Assembly (NCBI GenBank): GCA_037147155.1
Contig: JBAWVR010000001.1
Coordinates: 1 to 58,842, forward strand
Source: a bacterium
GTDB lineage: Bacteria; Patescibacteriota; Minisyncoccia; Phycocordibacterales; GWA1-40-21
Direction: 5' to 3'
DNA: 58,842 nucleotides
The translations under genes were made by a program, and so were the position numbers. The notes beneath the pieces were generated by a model. That model made no database searches and had not been told where the DNA came from. It was given only the letters and a program-made list of their open reading frames with translations. This document shows positions 17,547 through 27,700 of this stretch, piece by piece; positions within the stretch are counted from its first letter, which is position 1; each line of letters starts with the position of its first letter.

Positions 17547-18200
17547 TTATTTCTTCTCAGGAGCAGCTTCACCTTCAGCACCCTCCTTAGCTTCCTTACC
17601 CTTCTTTTCTACCTCAATGTTAGCAACATCGACAGGAGCAGCTACTTCTACTTCTTCCTTAACTTCAGAAACAGCAGCCACAACTTCTTCTGGTTTAACA
17701 GTTAGAGTAACTCCTTCTGGCAAGACGAGATCCTTGGCCAAAATCTGGCTATCCAAAGTGGTCAAACCTGAAATATCAACTTTAATTTCCTTTGGCAAAT
17801 CCTTTGGCAAAGCTTCGATATCAATTTCATGCATAACCTTGATAAGCACAGCACCCAAGTCACGGACAGCTGGGGCAATACCAAAGAAGTCGAGTGGAAC
17901 GGAAATTTCCAACTTCTTACCTTTTTCAATAGCGTAGAAGTCAACGTGAGTATAGACATCAGAAACAGCATCCTGTTCGACAGCCTGAATCAAAACTTCA
18001 ACATCAATACCTTCACCTACCAAGTTAATAATGGAGGTTTCGCCAGCTTCGCGGAAACACTTTTTAAAATCGCTTAAAGTAATAGAGATTGGGGTAGAAG
18101 CTTCCTTCTTACCGTAGAAAACAGCTGGGATTTTGCCATTAGCACGCAAAAAAGCAGCGGTGTCTTTGTCGTTTCTCTTCTCAACAGTTAATTTTATCAT
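17547..18200 (-). CDS. rplY: ribosomal protein L25/Ctc
   Basis: MIKLTVEKRNDKD...ANGKIPAVFYGK is a canonical L25 N-terminus, followed by an acidic/Lys-rich tail. The track ORF extends to 18239 (13 extra residues), so the start is uncertain. Confidence 0.85.
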   Translation of the reverse strand: MIKLTVEKRNDKDTAAFLRANGKIPAVFYGKKEASTPISITLSDFKKCFREAGETSIINLVGEGIDVEVLIQAVEQDAVSDVYTHVDFYAIEKGKKLEISVPLDFFGIAPAVRDLGAVLIKVMHEIDIEALPKDLPKEIKVDISGLTTLDSQILAKDLVLPEGVTLTVKPEEVVAAVSEVKEEVEVAAPVDVANIEVEKKGKEAKEGAEGEAAPEKK

Positions 18201-18422
18201 TACGCCATTATATACATTTTTTAGCTTTTGTCCAGTCATTTTTGACCATATTCGGCTCTTCTTACATTCAGACCAATAGCACCTCCCCAGAGGGGCTATT
18301 TGGACTCAAATTTGACTTGATTATACTGCTGTGGGAGGTTTCTTCGGTTAGTTACAGACGGTTAGCTTTTGGCCTAAACTAAGAGTAAACCCTGTATACA
18401 TAAAAAGATTTCCGGTACCGAT

Positions 18423-18506
18423 CCACCTGTGGATAACTTTCCTAACCAAGGTCGGTCCTTGGTTAACCCTTGTAAAATAAGGCCAAACCAAGGACCGACC
18501 TTGGTT
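18423..18506. repeat. 21-nt flank with a DnaA-box 9-mer plus 63-bp palindromic unit (orientation 1)
   Basis: CCACCTGTGGATAACTTTCCT (TGTGGATAA at 18428-18436). Then AACCAAGGTCGGTCCTTGGTT, core AACCCTTGTAAAATAAGGCCA and AACCAAGGACCGACCTTGGTT. Confidence 0.8.
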
Positions 18507-18549
18507 TAGCCTATTCGTTACTGTCTTCGTGACCAGACTTTGTCTTAAT

Positions 18550-21500
18550 CTAGATAGGTAAGGCGTCTGACGACGTGCTGGTTTCTTCAATAATATTTTT
18601 TGTCGTTGTTGCTGTATCATCAGCAGTCATCTCGGTGGTACTGGCGTTGGTTTTCTCTTGTTCAGTCAAAGACTCAGAAGTTGGTTCTAAAGGGATCTTT
18701 GTGATTAACTCTTTAGTATTGTAATCTGCATACCACGGGTCAAATTCCACTCCATTAGAGACTAAGTCTCCTTTCCCTTCTGAGTTTAGGACCTCGTGTT
18801 TTGGTCCAGACGGATCACCCCACCAATTACTTTTAAAGTTCATGGGATATTTAAGTTCGTCTTGACCTTGTTCATCTTGTAACCAATCAAGATCATCAGT
18901 GAGACCTGGACTCAAACCTTTTGACACCGCTAAAGTGTTGTTCCAAAAGAGACTGTCAGCGATAGTAGTGGTTGACTCTAAATTGTAGTATGAAAATACT
19001 CCAATTTTATTGTCGTGAATATTTAGTCTTTGACCAAGAACTTCACCGCCGCGCGTTGAGGTTACAGCCGAGTAATTAATATTTTGAAATTCTGAATCGT
19101 AAATTTCCGAATTGCCATTATCACTAACAAAAACCGCATTATTTCCGTTTAAAAATTTGGTATTTCTTATGTCTGCATGCGAATAGTCATAAATATCTAC
19201 TGCCGAGCCAAAGTCGGAACTGAAACCATCAAAAAAAGAATTATCGATCGAAAGCCTTGAGTCACCATAGACACTTATACAAGAAAACAAACAAAAATTA
19301 TTTTTGACTTCAAGACCGTCAATCTTTGCCTCGCTGTTTTTATATACGCTCAAGATTGACTCCAAACTATTTAATTCACTATTAATATGAATATTCTCAA
19401 AATCGACTGAACTATTATTTTCAAAATGTGCCAATCCCCCATTTAAATTTATTCCTGTTAAATTAGAAATCTTCGCATTTGAATTACTAAAATTTATGAG
19501 GTTACTTTGAAAATTACCACTATCTGAATACTCAATATTATTAAATGTCAGGTCTTTAACACCATCTCCCAAGATCCCTTTCTTAGTGTTTTGGATTTTT
19601 AAATTATTAAAACTAGAACCAGAAGCACTACCGTATAAATTTATACCCTTAAACAAGACTCCTTCTGTCCAAGAAGTGATTACGGCTGGATTACCTTCAT
19701 TGCCCCGGATATTGGTTTTACCAAATAAATACGCACTCGTTCCTGATCGAAGCTTAATAACTGTACCTGGTCCTGCTTTTAGTGAACCATTTTCTGCCAC
19801 ATATAAATCGGATTGGGTCATGTAGGTTAAATTATCCTTCAATATCACTTCGCCAGTTATATCTTGCCCTTTATTTATTAAATAACTATAACCATTTCTC
19901 TGTCCCGGTGTACCATAAATATCACCATCTTCTCTATCAAGCCCATTTTTAATATCATAATCATAATATGAGTAACCAGACCAATCTGAAGATAAGTCAC
20001 TCGTGACAATTTCGGAATCATAACGTTCGAGTGATTCTCCAACTTGTCCCAAATTGCACCAATTTTCACAATAAGGCACATAATCAATCACCTTTTCTAA
20101 GCCGTCTTTTGAATAAACTAAATACAAATCTTCTCCAGACATGCTTAGCCAACCATTCCACTCTTGCCAGTCATGGCTAGTCAAATCTTTGATCGGTTCA
20201 GTTGATGAAGCACTCTTCTTTTCCAATACGAAATAATCGTTTGGTTTAATTGTTCCCTGAATTGGTATAACTAAAGTTGAGCTAGAGTTTACAACTTTAA
20301 AGTTGTCTAGGACAATAGTGTAATCAGTATTATTTTTAAGTTCTATCCACTGATCATCTATTGAGGCGATGGTTCCACTCCAGTTTATTTCATTAATAGC
20401 TATAGGTAGTGTTTTGTGTAAAAGTTTTCTGCTTACTGGCAGAGAACTAGTGCCAGTAAAGGCAACAGAAGAAACAGAGAAGTTATACTCTTGATTGTCA
20501 GCTAAAGAAATAATTGTACTAGTGGCGGTTGTAGTGGAAACAACTCCGTTCAGATTGAGAGCAAAATAGGCAATATCAGTGGAAGTAGACTGCCAATAAA
20601 TTGTGGTTGTAGTTGATAACAGAAGACAACCATCAATGGCAATACTCTGAGAACACGGATCGTCAATCAAAGAAATATCTGGTTTAATTATTTCTGAATC
20701 TTGAGTAGTGGTACTCGAAGTATCAGCTCCAATATTAATATATATGTTTGTTCCACTCGAACCAATATAAATATTTGGTTCTGCACCTGACACAAAATTT
20801 TTGTTTTGTTCCACAAATGAACCCACACCATTTCTTTGTAAAGTTTCGGTTTGATTGCTTACCGCCTTTTTGAAGGCTTCGATAAAAGCTAGCACTTCGC
20901 TCTGAGAAAAAGTTACCTCTTGGTTTTCTGTGTTCGAAATATTTTTTTGAGCCGTTTTGTCAACAGCTAATTCAACCACAGGGTTTATTTGCGTATTATT
21001 TTCCATTTTTGAACCGCTATAAAAAACACTAGCAAGTGCTCTATCGGCTACACTTGAGATTGATGATTCAACCGAAGCTGTAGTGTAATACATTGCCGGC
21101 ACCACTAGATATACATTGTGACCCAACCAAGTTCCAGCTAGTTTAGCATTGTCATAAATTGATTCAGTATTAGTAATGATATTTGAGACTGCATCCTGTG
21201 TCCCATATTTAATATCAGCAAATAGATGACCAAATAAATTTGAATCTTTATATGTCTCAGCTCTTTTGTCTTGTTCCAGTTTTTGAGCTAATTCTGCTTG
21301 TTTTTGCTTTTCTAAAAAAATAGCCCTCGCTTGTTCAGCTTGGGTTAAAAACAAATCAATAACATTTACACCGGCCAAGACGGCTTGTTTGGCGAGACGA
21401 TCAAAATAGTCGGAGAGTACGGCCGGGTTTTTTGATTCGGGGTCGAGCAAATAGTAATTTAATACTGAATTACTTCCATTAAGCTCTTTTTTTAATAGTA

Positions 21501-22212
21501 ATTTATGGTCATCATTAAAAAAGTCATCTCTTCCATACAAAAATTCTTTATCTTCATATGTAATCTCTGGTTTAGAAAATACTTTTTTATCTAATGTATG
21601 ATTACTAAAGTAATTAGCATTGGAGTAGATGGCCAGGCTTGTTAGATAATCAGAAAAATTATCAAACTTCCAAGTATTAAAAAAGTTTAAATTCGAAAAT
21701 TTATTTATTACCTCAGCTGAAGAATAATTATTTTCCACCCAGTTTTCAAATACCGAACCACCAAACATGGGCAAGTGGGTATCATTGCGAGTATGATCAG
21801 GCACCGTCATATCTTCCAAGAGATGCAGCAGGTGTCCAAGGCTAAGCATAGCTAAATCCTTCTTACCTTCTGAATAGTATTCAATGGCTTTGGGCCAGGA
21901 ATAAAGATTGTCTGCATAACTACCGTTAGACCAAGCGATGGATGAAGAATAATGATTCCAGCCGATATTATGAATGGGATCATAAAAGTGATTGGACATT
22001 CTCGGCACCTTGTCTTCATCAATCGAACCTTGAATAATTTGTTTTTTATCAGTCTCGGTCAATTTGACTGAGAAATTCTTATTATATATTTCCGCTGTTA
22101 CGCCGGCCAAACCAGGGTGCGTAACCGTGTCTGAATAAGCCCAAAGTATTTTGGGTAAACACAGTAAAGCAAAAATTAGTATTAGATTTTTAATTGGAGA
22201 TCTTCCAAACAT
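18550..22212 (-). CDS. large secreted multidomain protein (Zn phospholipase C-like N-domain, lamin-tail-like domain, parallel beta-helix repeats)
   Basis: 1220-aa ORF with a signal peptide. WAYSDTVTHPGL and HLLHLLEDMTVPDHTRND resemble the Zn-dependent PLC fold. INEINWSG...DQWIELKN resembles a lamin-tail domain. The C-terminal N/G/S-rich repeats look like beta-helix. Confidence 0.6.
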   Translation of the reverse strand: MFGRSPIKNLILIFALLCLPKILWAYSDTVTHPGLAGVTAEIYNKNFSVKLTETDKKQIIQGSIDEDKVPRMSNHFYDPIHNIGWNHYSSSIAWSNGSYADNLYSWPKAIEYYSEGKKDLAMLSLGHLLHLLEDMTVPDHTRNDTHLPMFGGSVFENWVENNYSSAEVINKFSNLNFFNTWKFDNFSDYLTSLAIYSNANYFSNHTLDKKVFSKPEITYEDKEFLYGRDDFFNDDHKLLLKKELNGSNSVLNYYLLDPESKNPAVLSDYFDRLAKQAVLAGVNVIDLFLTQAEQARAIFLEKQKQAELAQKLEQDKRAETYKDSNLFGHLFADIKYGTQDAVSNIITNTESIYDNAKLAGTWLGHNVYLVVPAMYYTTASVESSISSVADRALASVFYSGSKMENNTQINPVVELAVDKTAQKNISNTENQEVTFSQSEVLAFIEAFKKAVSNQTETLQRNGVGSFVEQNKNFVSGAEPNIYIGSSGTNIYINIGADTSSTTTQDSEIIKPDISLIDDPCSQSIAIDGCLLLSTTTTIYWQSTSTDIAYFALNLNGVVSTTTATSTIISLADNQEYNFSVSSVAFTGTSSLPVSRKLLHKTLPIAINEINWSGTIASIDDQWIELKNNTDYTIVLDNFKVVNSSSTLVIPIQGTIKPNDYFVLEKKSASSTEPIKDLTSHDWQEWNGWLSMSGEDLYLVYSKDGLEKVIDYVPYCENWCNLGQVGESLERYDSEIVTSDLSSDWSGYSYYDYDIKNGLDREDGDIYGTPGQRNGYSYLINKGQDITGEVILKDNLTYMTQSDLYVAENGSLKAGPGTVIKLRSGTSAYLFGKTNIRGNEGNPAVITSWTEGVLFKGINLYGSASGSSFNNLKIQNTKKGILGDGVKDLTFNNIEYSDSGNFQSNLINFSNSNAKISNLTGINLNGGLAHFENNSSVDFENIHINSELNSLESILSVYKNSEAKIDGLEVKNNFCLFSCISVYGDSRLSIDNSFFDGFSSDFGSAVDIYDYSHADIRNTKFLNGNNAVFVSDNGNSEIYDSEFQNINYSAVTSTRGGEVLGQRLNIHDNKIGVFSYYNLESTTTIADSLFWNNTLAVSKGLSPGLTDDLDWLQDEQGQDELKYPMNFKSNWWGDPSGPKHEVLNSEGKGDLVSNGVEFDPWYADYNTKELITKIPLEPTSESLTEQEKTNASTTEMTADDTATTTKNIIEETSTSSDALPI

Positions 22213-22777
22213 TGGTATATTTATTTATATCAAAAACCATTGTTGAGGTTACTTTTGTTCCAGCAGGTCTTATCCATTCTCTTTTTTCTGTTCCAAGATA
22301 ACCAACTGTCTTTTCATCTTTTAGTGTTACGTACTCATAATTTAAAACACAGTGGCTTACAGAAGAACAAGACATTTTACCTTTTGACTGTTTCTCAATA
22401 AGTGTTTTAACACTTTGATCCAACGAACCTTCTAACGATATTATTTTTTTATAATTTGAAACTTCTTTGTTTTGATTCTCCACCACGCAATACTTACTCG
22501 CCAACCCTATATCCCCCTTCTTTAACGCTTCAATATACATCTGTAATGTTGCCTCTGGTGTCTTACCACCAAAAGTATCCGCTTTTTTTAAAGCTTCTAT
22601 CCTATCAGCTTCAGCCTGATATGGAGCCATGGTTCTCTCATACTTCCACCACTCCAAAGCATTTCTGTATTCCTCGTATTTGCCATTAGTAAATATTCCG
22701 ACGACAATTACTACACCTAAGAAAACTACACCGGTAAAAAAAACGTATTTCAAAACTTTTTTTAATATTGGATTCAT
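22190..22777 (-). CDS. hypothetical membrane-anchored protein
   Basis: 195-aa ORF with an N-terminal TM helix. It overlaps the start of the downstream gene by 23 nt. Confidence 0.5.
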   Translation of the reverse strand: MNPILKKVLKYVFFTGVVFLGVVIVVGIFTNGKYEEYRNALEWWKYERTMAPYQAEADRIEALKKADTFGGKTPEATLQMYIEALKKGDIGLASKYCVVENQNKEVSNYKKIISLEGSLDQSVKTLIEKQSKGKMSCSSVSHCVLNYEYVTLKDEKTVGYLGTEKREWIRPAGTKVTSTMVFDINKYTNVWKISN

Positions 22778-22789
22778 ATTTTTATATTA

Positions 22790-24361
22790 TTAATTTGAGT
22801 AAAATAAACCAACAAAACCTTTCCAGGCTCGGCCGGGCAACGAGACAACACCAGACCAAAATCCTTTCTTTTTAAAGTCGCCTGCGTTTTTTCCTTGTGT
22901 AGTTGTGGACACTAAAGTCGGTTTTCCTTCTCTAGACAAAACTGGAGAATAAACAACTGACGCTATATTGTAATTATCATTCTTTACTAAACCATTTTTA
23001 TTAATAATCTCACCAGCTTCACTTTCTAATTGACTACGATTGGCCTCCACCAAACGGCTAATGTCTTCTATGGTTGGAGTGGAATTATTATTAATTGTAA
23101 CACTATTAGTTATTTTAACATCTGGACTTACTGCCAAAATATTCTTGCGCTCAATTGATGATCTAATCTTATTCGATGGATCAGACAGCATCAAAGCACT
23201 TCCATTGTTAATTTTTATTTCCTCGACTGGTAAGACCAGATTTTGTTTTGGCCCAATAATTGTATCTATTGGAAAAGTAAATTTATTTGCTTTATCATCA
23301 GTTATAGACCAGTCTCCAAGATTCACTTCGTATTGACCTTTATTACTCAAAGTTACTGACTCCTCGCTGTTTTCCAAAATTACCACCTCTGGTTTCAATA
23401 TTTTAACAGTGATTCTAGTTACGGCTTTTTGACCAGCGATCTCTGCATTTAAAATCAGATTGTAATCTCCAGGAAATTTATATGTATGATTCACTTTTTC
23501 TCCCTCGAAAGATGTTCCGTCACCAAAGGTCCAAATATATTTTCTATATCCAGACAAATTTTGATTATTAATCTTAGCTTCAAAAGATATTGGCGTGCCC
23601 GTGTAGGATAAACGATCTCGTCCAGCCGAAACAGCGAGGACATTGGCAGTGTTAAAATCACTCAAATCTTCTTCACTGGAGTGTACGGAAATGTATCTAG
23701 TTACGGTTCTAGTAATAATCGTTGGGGTGGTGGTAGAGGTCTGATTTGTGGTCGTGCTGGTCGCTGTACTGGTAGCGACACCAGTGTCCGTTGTGGTTCC
23801 AGTACCGTTTGTAGTATTGCTTGCCGCTGTGCCAATTATTATATTTTGCATCGCTTGCCAAGATACAGTCTGCCCAGCCAAAGTTGTAGCATTGATTTTG
23901 GCGTTCAAAGCAAAGGTGCCTGTGGATAAGTCCTTGTAATAAAAATTCCTACCAGTCCAACCCTTATTAACTGTTAGAGAAGTAACAGGCTCCCAGGTCG
24001 TATTACTAGATGAGAACTCACCAGTTGGTGATATTGATGTTAATTCTAACTTGGTGCCAGAAGTATTAAAAGAGATTGGATTACCAGAGGCATCCTGAGC
24101 CTGAACATTAATAATTTTAGAAATTTCTCCCGGTGCAACTGTCTGTGCTTCGGTAGTAAATGCAATCTGTGTAATAGCTGAGGTGTCAGAAGTGGTCACG
24201 GCTAGGACTAAGCCTGGAGAAACCAACAAAAAAGCGCCGGTTACAGCCGCCGCTTTAATGAGTAAATCGGTTTTGTTTGCAGAAATTGAGCGCAAAAAAT
24301 CCACTGCTTTTAACACTGGTTTAAACCCTGAAAAATAAGGAGAATTCATAGTAAAGTACAA
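22790..24361 (-). CDS. secreted protein with PKD and lamin-tail-like domains
   Basis: 523-aa ORF with a Thr-rich linker. WTFGDGTSFEGEKVNHTYKFPGDYNLIL is PKD-like, and SVTLSNKGQYEVNLGDWSITDD is lamin-tail-like. Confidence 0.6.
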   Translation of the reverse strand: MYFTMNSPYFSGFKPVLKAVDFLRSISANKTDLLIKAAAVTGAFLLVSPGLVLAVTTSDTSAITQIAFTTEAQTVAPGEISKIINVQAQDASGNPISFNTSGTKLELTSISPTGEFSSSNTTWEPVTSLTVNKGWTGRNFYYKDLSTGTFALNAKINATTLAGQTVSWQAMQNIIIGTAASNTTNGTGTTTDTGVATSTATSTTTNQTSTTTPTIITRTVTRYISVHSSEEDLSDFNTANVLAVSAGRDRLSYTGTPISFEAKINNQNLSGYRKYIWTFGDGTSFEGEKVNHTYKFPGDYNLILNAEIAGQKAVTRITVKILKPEVVILENSEESVTLSNKGQYEVNLGDWSITDDKANKFTFPIDTIIGPKQNLVLPVEEIKINNGSALMLSDPSNKIRSSIERKNILAVSPDVKITNSVTINNNSTPTIEDISRLVEANRSQLESEAGEIINKNGLVKNDNYNIASVVYSPVLSREGKPTLVSTTTQGKNAGDFKKKGFWSGVVSLPGRAWKGFVGLFYSN

Positions 24362-24384
24362 TAAATTAATGATTAATTAAAAAT

Positions 24385-24413
24385 ATTATACCAACTTATC
24401 CACACCCCCTCAA
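24385..24413 (-). promoter_or_regulatory. sigma70-type promoter for the 22790-24361 gene
   Basis: Minus strand: TTGAGG (24413-24408), 17 nt, TATAAT (24390-24385). The spacer contains a perfect TTATCCACA/TGTGGATAA 9-mer (24396-24404). Confidence 0.5.
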
Positions 24414-24428
24414 TCCCTCCTCATTTAA

Positions 24429-24511
24429 CCACCTGTGGATAACTTTCCTAACCAAGGTCGGTCCTTGGTTTGGCCTTATTTTACAAGGGTTAACCAAGGA
24501 CCGACCTTGGT
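24429..24511. repeat. 21-nt flank with a DnaA-box 9-mer plus 63-bp palindromic unit (orientation 2)
   Basis: Same 21-nt flank as at 18423 (TGTGGATAA at 24434-24442). The core TGGCCTTATTTTACAAGGGTT is the exact reverse complement of the core at 18465-18485. Confidence 0.8.
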
Positions 24512-24518
24512 CTGGGAA

Positions 24519-24631
24519 GGTTATGTAAAATATGAGAAGAAAAGATGAGGGGCAATATATTATATGTATAAAATGTGAGGGAGAAATATATTATATGTAG
24601 AAAAAGTGAGAGTAAAATATGTCTATCTGGG
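24519..24631. repeat. AT-rich tandem repeat, about 30 bp x 3.5
   Basis: Units AAAGATGAGGGGCAATATATTATATGTAT / AAAATGTGAGGGAGAAATATATTATATGTAG / AAAAAGTGAGAGTAAAATATGTCTATCTGG, plus a partial leading unit. Confidence 0.6.
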
Positions 24632-24644
24632 AAAAATTGGCATA

Positions 24645-24678
24645 ACAAAACCCCCACCCTTGCGGGTGGGGGTTTTGC
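24645..24678 (-). terminator. rho-independent terminator after the 24724-27942 gene
   Basis: AAAACCCCCACCC-ttgc-GGGTGGGGGTTTT. Confidence 0.75.
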
Positions 24679-24723
24679 ACTAAGCCCTAAGAGCTATAAG
24701 TATTTTCGCCGAAGCGAAAATGA

Positions 24724-27700
24724 TTATTGCTGGAAGGAGATAGCTTCAGCGTTGATAGGCATAGAGATTGAAGGATCAACTGATGAAACATCAGATGTAC
24801 CATCATTCCATGTCAAAGCGCTCAAACCAATCTGGTAAGTACGAACTGAACCTGAAGTCAAATCAAGATCAGTTGCTGAACCCAAGTTTGATTTAATAAC
24901 CAAACCACGAGTTGTACTCTTAGTAACAGTAAAGTTAGGTGACAAGGTAATAGAAGTAGCAGTTGTACCAACTAGGGTACCAGTACCAATACTTGTATTT
25001 AGATCGTCAGCAGCATATACAGTTACAGCAACAGATGAGCTTGCGCTAGCACCTGCCTTAATCATAGAACCAGTGTTACGAACGCTGATTGTTTTGATAG
25101 AAGCATCGTTACCAACGTCAGCTGAGAAGTTGAAAGCAGCGGTCTTTAGAGCGTCGCCTACAACCATCGAAGCGTTAGAAGCTGGGAAGTTAGCTACAGC
25201 ACGCAAGTTGGTGCGGTAGACAGTGAAGGTAGCGTTTGAACGAACAAGGTCTGTATCGTTAGCAGCAGCCATTGAAGCAGCACCCTGAGCAGAAACACCT
25301 GACAAACCAACAGTGATGGTAACAGCAGAAACTGCGCCTCCATCAATATTGTTAATATCAGCAACTACATCCATAGTAACATAACCATCCTTCGGAACAA
25401 CCAATTCGTTGCCTGAAAGCTGGAATGTTGCTGTCTGAACTCCTGAAGCTACAGCGCCAAATGAAGGCTTCTGAGCGATAACAGTCTGACCATTCATCAA
25501 ACGGATATTAGTCAATTCAGAACCGGTTGAAGAAGTAGTAGTAGCAGTCAAACCAACAGTGATAACCTTGATAGGCTCATTGTTAGAAGCGGTCAATTTG
25601 AATGAACCAACTTTAACATTGCTGAGACCCATAGATACGAACTGTGAGTTAACTGGAGTTGAAGCAATAGAAGTAGTCAAAGTACCGTTTCCAGCAACAG
25701 TAACAAGCTGTCCACCAACGTTAGTTGAAGGAGTCAAGTTAGTGCTAGTGTCAGCACCCTGAGCAGAAACACCAGTCAATGATACTACGCGAGTAGCAGA
25801 AATTGTCTGGCCTGAAATAACATCAGCATATACATCAACTACAACTGAAGCACCCTTTGCAATAGCAACCAAAGGTGAAGCAGTGAAGGTGTAAGCAGTA
25901 GCATTTGCTAGAACAGTCTGAGCAGTACCAATAGTTTGGTTACCGATCATAAGTCTCATGTTCTGGTAAACAGAAGAGATTCCAGCACCAGTTGTAACTG
26001 TCAAGCTGATAAGGTTTGCACCTTCAGCAGGTCCAGCAACAACAGAGAAGGAACCAACTTTAACGTTAGCAGTACCAGTTACAGTTGTAACAGCACCCTG
26101 AGCGTTGTTCAAAGAAGCAACCAATGGTGAAGAAGCCAAACTCAATGGGTTGCCAACATAACTGTTGAAGTTAATAGCAACCAATGAAGTATAACCTTGT
26201 GCAACACCAGAAGTGATCTGAGCAGTCAAAGCAGTACCAGCACCCTTAACATCTGCTTTCACAGAGAAGGTACGAGTAGTGTTTGCAGGAATAACATAAT
26301 TTAGGTTTTCAACAACCACTGACTGGGAAGTATTTGTATCTCCAGCTGAGCGGATGATGTTACCGATTTGTACTCCCTGATCATCAACCAATTTCAAGTT
26401 ATCCCAAACAGCAGTTTCAACAGCTGATGAGTAACTCAACTGGTAGGTGATACCTGACAAACGAACAGCTTCTCCGTTAGCCTTGAAGTCAAAGCTAGCC
26501 AAGGTCTGATTGTTTGCACCAGAAGCAATGTAATTTGAAGGTGAAGTGGTGTTTTTGTTGATTACCAAGGTTCCGTAGTTGATTCCAACTACTGAAGCCT
26601 GAACTGGGAATCCACCAGTAGCAGAAATTGCAGCACCAACATTGTATGTCATGTCAGTTGAAACAATGTCATAGCTTCTCTGTACAGTGAAGCGCATGTT
26701 GCGGTTTACACCACCAACTACGTCAACATAAAGAGTAAGGTTAACAGTGTTTCCAGCGGTGATCTGAAGTGGGTTGTTTGAAAGATCAAATACAACAGTA
26801 CCATCAGAATTCAAGTTCGGAACAGTGTTTCCGATCTGTACACCACCGTTCATCAAACGAATGTTTGACAAATCAGAAGCAGCATTGATAGTACCGGTCT
26901 CAGTCAATTTGATTGACTTGATAGACACAGCGCTATTGCTTGACTGCATTGAGAACTGACCAGCCAAGAAGTTGGTCTGACCTGCGTTAACAGTACCGCC
27001 AGTAGCGACATTGGTAACAAGCAAGGTAGCCAAAGCTGGGTTAGCAACAGTACCTGCAGTTGAAGCATAACCTGCAATTGGGAAAGCACCACCAACTACT
27101 GCATTAGATGTAATGTCAGCAGCGGCAGCGATACCAAATGAGAAGCTATGAGTTGAGGTATTGCTGTTTAGGTCAGCAGCGATAGTAATAGTCTTGGTAG
27201 TTCCAGCCTTAACGGTGAACAAACCATTAGCCATTGAAAACATAGCCTTACCGTTTGCCAAACCAATGTTTGTAGCAAGAACAGTAGAACCATCCATCAA
27301 GTAGACATTATTAATATCGTTATCACTTGAGAAACCTCCACGAGTAACTTTCAAAGCAGTAACTACCAAGTCGGTAGCACCAGCGGTGAAGTTAATCTTT
27401 GTGAAAGGAACTTGTGAAGCACCTTCTGGGATAGTAATAGGGGTTGGGGTATCCATAGCAGTAGATACGGTTGCGCTTCCAGTAACTGGAATAACAACAG
27501 CACCTGTACCAGGGATAGTAGTAGTAACAGAACCACCCATTTTGTTCAAAGCAGCCATGGTCATAGGACCGACGTAGCCGGTAGCCTTAATACCATTGTC
27601 TGATTGGAACTTAACTACAGCAGCCTTGGTGATAGCACCAAAGTAACCAGTAGCAGGGGTGATACCCAAAGCCTGCTGCAAAGCAGTAACTTGAGCACCC

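Noticed and set aside
17415-17705. ORFs at 17415-17705, 35574-35756 and 53594-53956 sharing the peptide FGIVFKIA..Y.FDY.I.KTDPS.I.ES.LLKTILMPKSTTG
   Set aside because: The shared peptide is simply the translation of the family A repeat. The ORFs run into unrelated flanking sequence or antisense into real genes, and the repeat shows stem covariation rather than codon-like conservation.
24361-24631. Chromosomal replication origin (DnaA boxes plus AT-rich tandem repeats)
   Set aside because: Only two boxes are present at this site, no dnaA/dnaN is nearby, and gene orientation does not switch here (genes on both sides are on the minus strand). I kept it as a regulatory-motif finding instead.
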